From Utricularia gibba (lineage: Eukaryota; Plantae; Magnoliophyta), in NCBI GenBank assembly GCA_002189035.1, contig NEEC01000456.1, positions 1 to 24,235 of the forward strand: DNA of 24,235 nt, read 5' to 3'. The translations under genes were made by a program, and so were the position numbers. The notes beneath the pieces are model-generated. The model made no database searches and was not told the DNA's origin. It saw only the letters and a list, made by a program, of their open reading frames with translations. Numbering within the stretch: the stretch's first letter is position 1; each line of letters opens with the position of its first letter. Shown here in pieces: positions 12,700-22,700 of the stretch.

Positions 12700-15600
12700 C
12701 GAGGCGATTTTGCACATGCTTAGGGTGTGTCCCTACTCGAAGCCTCATGGTTTCCTCGCACACCGTTCGGCATCTCGTCGATATCCTGAAGACCGTGATG
12801 AGTCACGCTGCGCCCGGAATACCGTTTCGAAGCTCGTTCCGAGCCGGTCATCTTCCGTGTTGAAAGCTTCTTCGTCCGAGGATGCATCAGAGCTCGAATT
12901 ATCGCCTTCTATTAGCCTTCAGATGCGCCACAAAGTGGCCACCACGTTCGCGACGATGCGACTTGTAACACCAGAATCGACGCGATTGTGATTTTCGGCT
13001 TGCAAAACATCTGCGTTTTTGGGTGATGTGAAATATGGGTTTTCGAGGCGATCTTGCACATGCTTAGGGTGTGTCCCTACCCGAAGCCTCATGGTTTCCT
13101 CGCACACCGTTCGGCATCTCGTCGATATCCTGAAGACCGTGATGAGTCACGCTGCGCCCGGAATACCGTTTCGAAGCTCGTTCCGAGCCGTCATCTTCCG
13201 TGTTGAATGCTTCTTCGTCCGAGGATGCATCAGAGCTCGAATTATCGCCTTATTAGCCTTCAGATGTGCCACAAAGTGGCCACCACGTTCGCGACGATGC
13301 GACTTGGAACACCAAAATCGACGTGATTGTAATTTTCGGCTTGCAAAACATCTGCGTTTTTTCGGGTGATGTGAAATATGGGTTTTCGAGGCGATCTTTG
13401 CACATGCTTAGGGTGTGTCCCTACCGAAGCCTCATGGTTTCCTCGCACACCGTTCGGCATCTCGTCGATATCCTGAAGACCGTGATGAGTCACGCTGCGC
13501 CCGCATACCTTTTGAAGCTCGTTCCGAGCCGGTCATCTTCCGTGTTTAAAGCTTCTTCGTCCGAGGATGCATCAGAGCTCGAATTATCGCCTTCTATTAG
13601 CCTTCATATGTGCCACAAAGTGGCCACCACGTTCGCGACGATGCGACTTGGAACACCAAAATCGACACGATTGTGATTTTCGGCTTGCAAAACATCTGCG
13701 TTTTTTCGGGTGATGTGAAATATGGGTTTTCGAGGCGATCTTTGCACATGCTTAGGGTGTGTCCCTACCCGAAGCCTCATGGTTTCCTCGCACACCGTTC
13801 GGCATCTCGTCGATATCCTGAAGACCGTGATGAGTCACGCTGCGCCCGGAATACCGTTTCGAAGCTCGTTCCGAGCCGGTCATCTTCCGTGTTGAATGCT
13901 TCTTCGTCCGAGGATGCATCAGAGCTCGAATTATCGCCTTATATTAGCCTTCAGATGTGCCACAAAGTGGCCACCACGTTCGCGACGATGCGACTTGGAA
14001 CACCAAAATCGACGCGATTGTGATTTTCGGCTTGCAAAACATCTGCGTTTTTTGGGTGATGTGAAATATGGGTTTTCGAGGCGATCTTTGCACATGCTTA
14101 GGGTGTGTCCCTACCGAAGCCTCATGGTTTCCTCGCACACCGTTCGGCATTCGTCGATATCCTGAAGACCGTGATGAGTCACGCTGCGCCCGGCATACCG
14201 TTTCGAAGCTCGTTCCGAGCCGGTCATCTTCCGTGTTTAAAGCTTCTTCGTCCGAGGATGCATCAGAGCTCGAATTATCGCCTTCTATTAGCCTTCAGAT
14301 GTGCCACAAAGTGGCCACCACGTTCGCGACGATGCGACTTGGAACACCAAAATCGACGCGATTGTGATTTTCGGCTTGCAAAACATCTGCGTTTTTTTGG
14401 GTGATGTGAAATATGGGTTTTCGAGGCGATCTTTGACATGCTTAGGTGTGTCCCTACCCGAAGCCTCATGGTTTCCTCGCACACCGTTCGGCATCTCGTC
14501 GATATCCTGAAGACCGTGATGAGTCACGCTGCGCCCGGATACCGTTTCGAAGCTCGTTCCGAGCCGGTCATCTTCCGTGTTGAATGCTTCTTCGTCCAGG
14601 ATGCATAGAGCTCGAATTATCGCCTTATATTAGCCTTCAGATGTGCCACAAAGTGGCCACCACGTTCGCGACGATGCGACTTGGAACACCAAAATCGACG
14701 CGATTGTAATTTTCGGCTTGCAAAACATCTGCGTTTTTTCGGGTGATGTGAAATATGGTTTTCGAGGCGATCTTTGCACATGCTTAGGGTGTGTCCCTAC
14801 CGAAGCCTCATGGTTTCCTCGCACACCGTTCGGCATCTCGTCGATATCCTGAAGACCGTGATGAGTCACGCTGCGCCCGGATACCGTTTCGAAGCTCGTT
14901 CCGAGCCGGTCATCTTCCGTGTTGAAAGCTTCTTCGTCCGAGGATGCATCAGAGCTCGAATTATCGCCTTATATTAGCCTTCAGATGTGCCACAAAGTGG
15001 CCACGTTCGCGACGATGCGACTTGGAACACCAAATCGACGTGATTGTAATTTTCGGCTTGCAAAACATCTGCGTTTTTTCGGGTGATGTGAAATATGGGT
15101 TTTCGAGGCGATCTTTGCACATGCTTAGGGTGTGTCCCTACTCGAAGCCTCATGGTTTCCTCGCACACCGTTCGGCATCTCGTCGATATCCTGAAGACCG
15201 TGATGAGTCACGCTGCGCCCGGAATACCGTTTCGAAGCTCGTTCCGAGCCGGTCATCTTCCGTGTTGAAAGCTTCTTCGTCCGAGGATGCATCAGAGCTC
15301 GAATTATCGCCTTCTATTAGCCTTCAGATGCGCCACAAAGTGGCCACCACGTTCGCGACGATGCGACTTGGAACACCAATCGACGCGATTGTGATTTTCG
15401 GCTTGCAAAACATCTGCGTTTTTGGGTGATGTGAAATATGGGTTTTCGAGGCGATCTTGCACATGCTTAGGGTGTGTCCCTACCCGAAGCCTCATGGTTT
15501 CCTCGCACACCGTTCGGCATCTCGTCGATATCCTGAAGACCGTGATGAGTCACGCTGCGCCCGGAATACCGTTTCGAAGCTCGTTCCGAGCCGGTCATCT

Positions 15601-16482
15601 TCCGTGTTGAAAGCTTCTTCGTCCGAGGATGCATCAGAGCTCGAATTATCGCCTTCTATTAGCCTTCAGATGTGCCACAAAGTGGCCACCACGTTCGCGA
15701 CGATGCGACTTGGAACACCAAAATCGACGTGATTGTAATTTTCGGCTTGCAAAACATCTGCGTTTTTTCGGGTGATGTGAAATATGGGTTTTCGAGGCGA
15801 TCTTTGCACATGCTTAGGGTGTGTCCCTACCGAAGCCTCATGGTTTCCTCGCACACCGTTCGGCATCTCGTCGATATCCTGAAGACCGTGATGAGTCACG
15901 CTGCGCCCGCATACCGTTTCGAAGCTCGTTCCGAGCCGGTCATCTTCCGTGTTTAAAGCTTCTTCGTCCGAGGATGCATCAGAGCTCGAATTATCGCCTT
16001 CTATTAGCCTTCAGATGTGCCACAAAGTGGCCACCACGTTCGCGACGATGCGACTTGGAACACCAAAATCGACACGATTGTGATTTTCGGCTTGCAAAAC
16101 ATCTGCGTTTTTTCGGGTGATGTGAAATATGGGTTTTCGAGGCGATCTTTGCACATGCTTAGGGTGTGTCCTACCCGAAGCCTCATGGTTTCCTCGCACA
16201 CCGTCGGCATCTCGTCGATATCCTGAAGACCGTGATGAGTCACGCTGCGCCCGGAATACCGTTTCGAAGCTCGTTCCGAGCCGGTCATCTTCCGTGTTGA
16301 ATGCTTCTTCGTCCGAGGATGCATAAGAGCTCGAATTATCGCCTTATATTAGCCTTCAGATGTGCCACAAAGTGGCCACCACGTTCGCGACGATGCGACT
16401 TGGAACACCAAAATCGACGTGATTGTAATTTTCGGCTTGCAAAACATCTGCGTTTTTTCGGGTGATGTGAAATATGGGTTTT
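12700..16482. repeat. Local 7-monomer (about 2.4 kb) higher-order duplication, M38-M41 vs M45-M48
   Basis: M38/M45 share T39+C228+T324. M40/M47 share CCCGCATA+TTTAAA+GACACG. M41/M48 share T167+A211. Offsets are 2404-2407 bp. Confidence 0.6.
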
Positions 16483-16753
16483 CGAGGCGATCTTTGCACA
16501 TGCTTAGGGTGTGTCCCTACCCGAAGCCTCATGGTTTCCTCGCACACTTCGGCATCTCGTCGATATCCTGAAGACCGTGATGAGTCACGCTGCGCCCGGA
16601 TACCGTTTCGAAGCTCGTTCCGAGCCGGTCATCTTCCGTGTTTAAAAGCTTCTTCGTCCGAGATGCATCAGAGCTCGAATTATCGCCTTCTATTAGCCTT
16701 CAGATGTGCCACAAAGTGGCCACCACGTTCGCGACGATGCGACTTGAACACCA

Positions 16754-19700
16754 GAATCGACGCGATTGATTTTCGGCTTGCAAAACATCTGCGTTTTTCG
16801 GGTGATGTGAAATATGGGTTTTCGAGGCGATTTGCACATGCTTAGGGTGTGTCCCTACCCGAAGCCTCATGGTTTCCTCGCACACCGTTCGGCATCTCGT
16901 CGATATCCTGAAGACCGTGATGAGTCACGCTGCGCCCGGCATACCGTTTCGAAGCTCGTTCCGAGCCGGTCATCTTCCGTGTTGAAAGCTTCTTCGTCCG
17001 AGGATGCATCAGAGCTCGAATTATCGCCTTCTATTAGCCTTCAGATGCGCCACAAAGTGGCCACCACGTTCGCGACGATGCGACTTGAACACAGAATCGA
17101 CGCGATTGTGATTTTCGGCTTGCAAAACATCTGCGTTTTTTCGGGTGATGTGAAATATGGGTTTTCGAGGCGATCTTTGCACATGCTTAGGGTGTGTCCT
17201 ACGTGAAGCCTCATGGTTTCCTCGCACACCGTTCGGCATCTCGTCGATATCCTGAAGACCGTGATGAGTCACGCTGCGCCCGGAATACCGTTTCGAAGCT
17301 CGTTCCGAGCCGGTCATCTTCCGTGTTTAAAGCTTCTTCGTCCGAGGATGCATCAGAGCTCGAATTATCGCCTTCTATTAGCCTTCAGATGCGCCACAAA
17401 GTGGCCACCACGTTCGCGACGATGCGACTTGTACACCAGAATCGACGCGATTGTGATTTTCGGCTTGCAAAACATCTGCGTTTTTTCGGGTGATGTGAAA
17501 TATGGGTTTTCGAGGCGATCTTTGCACATGCTTAGGGTGTGTCCACTACCGAAGCCTCATGGTTTCCTCGCACACCGTTCGGCATCTCGTCGATATCCTG
17601 AAGACCGTGATGAGTCACGCTGCGCCCGGAATACCGTTTCGAAGCTCGTTCCGAGCCGGTCATCTTCCGTGTTGAAAGCTTCTTCGTCCGAGGATGCATC
17701 AGAGCTCGAATTATCGCCTTCTATTAGCCTTCAGATGCGCCACAAAGTGGCCACCACGTTCGCGACGATGCGACTTGAACACAGAATCGACGCGATTGTG
17801 ATTTTCGGCTTGCAAAACATCTGCGTTTTTTCGGGTGATGTGAAATATGGGTTTTCGAGGCGATCTTTGCACATGCTTAGGGTGTGTCCTAGAAGCCTCA
17901 TGGTTTCCTCGCACACCGTTCGGCATCTCGTCGATATCCTGAAGACCGTGATGAGTCACGCTGCGCCCGGAATACCGTTCGAAGCTCGTTCCGAGCCGGT
18001 CATCTCCGTGTTGAAAGCTTCTTCGTCCGAGGATGCATCAGAGCTCGAATTATCGCCTTCTATTAGCCTTCAGATGCGCCACAAAGTGGCCACCCACGTT
18101 CGCGACGATGCGACTTGTAACACCAGAATCGACGCGATTGTGATTTTCGGCTTGCAAAACATCTGCGTTTTTTCGGGTGATGTGAAATATGGGTTTTCGA
18201 GGCGATCTTTGCACATGCTTAGGGTGTGTCCTACGTGAAGCCTCATGGTTTCCTCGCACACGTTCGGCATCTCGTCGATATCCTGAGACCGTGATGAGTC
18301 ACGCTGCGCCCGGCATACCGTTTCGAAGCTCGTTCCGAGCCGGTCATCTTCCGTGTTTAAAGCTTCTTCGTCCGAGGATGCATCAGAGCTCGAATTATCG
18401 CCTTCTATTAGCCTTCAGATGCGCCACAAAGTGGCCACCACGTTCGCGACGATGCGACTTGAACACCAGAATCGACGCGATTGTTTTCGGCTTGCAAAAC
18501 ATCTGCGTTTTTTCGGGTGATGTGAAATATGGGTTTTCGAGGCGATCTTTGCACATGCTTAGGGTGTGTCACTACGTGAAGCCTCATGGTTTCCTCGCAC
18601 ACCGTTCGGCATCTCGTCGATATCCTGAAGACCGTGATGAGTCACGCTGCGCCCGGCATACCGTTTCGAAGCTCGTTCCGAGCCGGTCATCTTCCGTGTT
18701 TAAAGCTTCTTCGTCCGAGGATGCATCAGAGCTCGAATTATCGCCTTCTATTAGCCTTCAGATGCGCCACAAAGTGGCCACCACGTTCGCGACGATGCGA
18801 CTTGTAACACCAGAATCGACGCGATTGATTTTCGGCTTGCAAAACATCTGCGTTTTTCGGGTGATGTGAAATATGGGTTTTCGAGGCGATCTTGCACATG
18901 CTTAGGGTGTGTTTCTACCCGAAGCCTCATGGTTTCCTCGCACACCGTTCGGCATCTCGTCGATATCCTGAAGACCGTGATGAGTCACGCTGCGCCCGGA
19001 ATACCGTTTCGAAGCTCGTTCCGAGCCGGTCATCTTCCGTTTAAAGCTTCTTCGTCCGAGGATGCATCAGAGCTCGAATTATCGCCTTCTATTAGCCTTC
19101 AGATGCGCCACAAAGTGGCCACCACGTTCGCGACGATGCGACTTGTAACACAGAATCGACGCGATTGTGATTTTCGGCTTGCAAAACATCTGCGTTTTTT
19201 TCGGGTGATGTGAAATGGGGTTTTCGAGGCGATCTTTGCACATGCTTAGGGTGTGTCCTACGTGAAGCCTCATGGTTTCCTCGCACACCGTTCGGCATCT
19301 CGTCGATATCCTGAAGAATGAGTCACGCTGCGCCCGGAATACCGTTTCGCTCGTTCCGAGCCGGTCATCTTCCGTGTTTAAAGCTTCTTCGTCCGAGGAT
19401 GCATCAGAGCTCGAATTATCGCCTTCTATTAGCCTTCAGATGCGCCACAAAGTGGCCACCACGTTCGCGACGATGCGACTTGTAACACCAGAATCGACGC
19501 GATTGTGATTTTCGGCTTGCAAAACATCTGCGTTTTTCGGGTGATGTGAAATATGGGTTTTCGAGGCGATCTTTGCACATGCTTAGGGTGTGTCCTACCG
19601 AAGCCTCATGGTTTCCTCGCACACCGTTCGGCATCTCGTCGATATCCTGAAGACCGTGATGAGTCACGCTGCGCCCGGCATACCGTTTCGAAGCTCGTTC

Positions 19701-22700
19701 CGAGCCGGTCATCTTCCGTGTTTAAAGCTTCTTCGTCCGAGGATGCATCAGAGCTCGAATTATCGCCTTCTATTAGCCTTCAGATGCGCCACAAAGTGGC
19801 CACCACGTTCGCGACGATGCGACTTGTAACACCAGAATCGACGCGATTGTGATTTTCGGCTTGCAAAACATCTGCGTTTTTTGGGTGATGTGAAATATGG
19901 GTTTTCGAGGCGATCTTGCACATGCTTAGGGTGTCTACCGAAGCCTCATGGTTTCCTCGCACACCGTTCGGCATCTCGTCGATATCCTGAAGACCGTGAT
20001 GAGTCACGCTGCGCCCGGAATACCGTTTCGAAGCTCGTTCCGAGCCGGTCATCTTCCGTGTTGAAAGCTTCTTCGTCCGAGGATGCATCAGAGCTCGAAT
20101 TATCGCCTTCTATTAGCCTTCAGATGCGCCACAAAGTGGCACCACGTTCGCGACGATGCGACAACACCAGAATCGACGCGATTGTGATTTTCGGCTTGCA
20201 AAACATCTGCGTTTTTTCGGTGATGTGAAATATGGGTTTTCGAGGCGATCTTTGCACATGCTTAGGGTGTGTCCTACGTGAAGCCTCATGGTTTCCTCGC
20301 ACACCGTTCGGCATCTCGTCGATATCCTGAAGACCGTGATGAGTCACGCTGCGCCCGGCATACCGTTTCGAAGCTCGTTCCGAGCGGTCATCATCTTCCG
20401 TGTTGAAAGCTTCTTCGTCCGAGGATGCATCAGAGCTCGAATTATCGCCTTCTATTAGCCTTCAGATGCGCCACAAAGTGGCCACCACGTTCGCGACGAT
20501 GCGACTTGTAACACCAGAATCGACGCGATTGTGATTTTCGGCTTGCAAAACATCTGCGTTTTTTGGGTGATGTGAAATATGGGTTTTCGAGGCGATCTTG
20601 CACATGCTTAGGGTGTGTCCCTACCGAAGCCTCATGGTTTCCTCGCACACCGTTCGGCATCTCGTCGATATCCTGAAGACCGTGATGAGTCACGCTGCCC
20701 GGAATACCGTTTCGAAGCTCGTTCCGAGCCGGTCATCTTCCGTGTTGAAAGCTCTTCGTCCGAGGATGCATCAGAGCTCGAATTATCGCCTTCTATTAGC
20801 CTTCAGATGCGCCACAAAGTGGGCCACCACGTTCGCGACGATGCGACTTGAACACCAGAATCGACGCGATTGTGATTTTCGGCTTGCAAAACATCTGCGT
20901 TTTTTCGGGTGATGTGAAATATGGGTTTTCGAGGCGATCTTGCACATGCTTAGGGTGTGTCCTACGAAGCCTCATGGTTTCCTCGCACACCGTTCGGCAT
21001 CTCGTCGATATCCTGAAGACCGTGATGAGTCACGCTGCGCCCGGCATACCGTTTCGAAGCTCGTTCCGAGCCGGTCATCTTCCGTGTTTAAAGCTTCTTC
21101 GTCCGAGGATGCATCAGAGCTCGAATTATCGCCTTCTATTAGCCTTCAGATGCGCCACAAAGTGGCCACCACGTTCGCGACGATGCGACTTGAACACCAG
21201 AATCGACGCGATTGTGATTTTCGGCTTGCAAAAACATCTGCGTTTTTTCGGGTGATGTGAAATATGGGTTTTCGAGGCGATCTTTGCACATGCTTAGGGT
21301 GTGTCCTACCGAAGCCTCATGGTTTCCTCGCACACCGTTCGGCATCTCGTCGATATCCTGAAGACCGTGATGAGTCACGCTGCGCCCGGCATACCGTTTC
21401 GAAGCTCGTTCCGAGCCGGTCATCTTCCGTGTTTAAAGCTTCTTCGTCCGAGGATGCATCAGAGCTCGAATTATCGCCTTCTATTAGCCTTCAGATGCCA
21501 CAAAGTGGCCACCACGTTCGCGACGATGCGACTTGTAACACCAGAATCGACGCGATTGTGATTTTCGGCTTGCAAAACATCTGCGTTTTTTGGGTGATGT
21601 GAAATATGGGTTTTCGAGGCGATCTTTGCACATGCTTAGGGTGTGTCCCTACCGAAGCCTCATGGTTTCCTCGCACACCGTTCGGCATCTCGTCGATATC
21701 CTGAAGACCGTGATGAGTCACGCTGCGCCCGGCATACCGTTTCGAAGCTCGTTCCGAGCCGGTCATCTTCCGTGTTGAAAGCTTCTTCGTCCGAGGATGC
21801 ATCAGAGCTCGAATTATCGCCTTCTATTAGCCTTCAGATGCGCCACAAAGTGGCCACCACGTTCGCGATGCGACTTACAAGAATCGACGCGATTGTGATT
21901 TTCGGCTTGCAAAACATCTGCGTTTTTTCGGGTGATGTGAAATATGGGTTTTCGAGGCGATCTTTGCACATGCTTAGGGGTGTGTCCTACGTGAAGCCTC
22001 ATGGTTTCCTCGCACACCGTTCGGCATCTCGTCGATATCCTGAAGACCGTGATGAGTCACGCTGCGCCCGGCATACCGTTTCGAAGCTCGTTCCGAGCCG
22101 GTCATCTTCCGTGTTTAAAGCTTCTTCGTCCGAGGATGCTCAGAATTATCGCCTTCTATTAGCCTTCAGATGCGCCACAAAGTGGCCACCACGTTCGCGA
22201 CGATGCGACTTGTAACACCAGAATCGACGCGATTGTGATTTTCGGCTTGCAAAACATCTGCGTTTTTTCGGGTGATGTGAAATATGGGTTTTCGAGGCGA
22301 TCTTGCACATGCTTAGGGTGTGTCTACCGAAGCCTCATGGTTTCCTCGCACACCGTTCGGCATCTCGTCGATATCCTGAAGACCGTGATGAGTCACGCTG
22401 CGCCCGGAATACCGTTTCGAAGCTCGTTCCGAGCCGGTCATCTTCCGTGTTTAAAGCTTCTTCGTCCGAGGATGCATCAGAGCTCGAATTATCGCCTTCT
22501 ATTAGCCTTCAGATGCGCCACAAAGTGGCCACCACGTTCGCGACGATGCGACTTGTAACACAGAATCGACGCGATTGTGATTTTCGGCTTGCAAAACATC
22601 TGCGTTTTTTCGGTGATGTGAAATATGGGTTTTCGAGGCGATCTTTGCACATGCTTAGGGTGTGTCCCTACCCGAAGCCTCATGGTTTCCTCGCACACCG

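Larger units (their letters stand above)
1..16707. repeat. Satellite subfamily domain L (monomers 1-48 and 5' part of 49)
   Basis: Mostly GATGTGCC (T228, 37 of 48), TTGGAAC (G268) and CCAAAATC (A276). Variants T167 (GAATGC), A211 (CTTATATT), T285 (GACGTG) and A292 (GTAATT) occur only here. Confidence 0.85.

Noticed and set aside
13610-14023. 137-aa GTG-initiated ORF longer than one monomer, present wherever the repeat is indel-free (possible coding origin of the satellite)
   Set aside because: A stop-free run of about 140 codons has roughly a 10% chance in this monomer by my estimate. The GTG start is lost in C228 copies, I recognise no protein family, and variants show no codon-position bias. 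A BLASTx hit would reopen this.
17213-18238. 341-aa ORF
   Set aside because: Same artefact: 345-bp monomer copies (divisible by 3) let the reading frame run through successive repeats.
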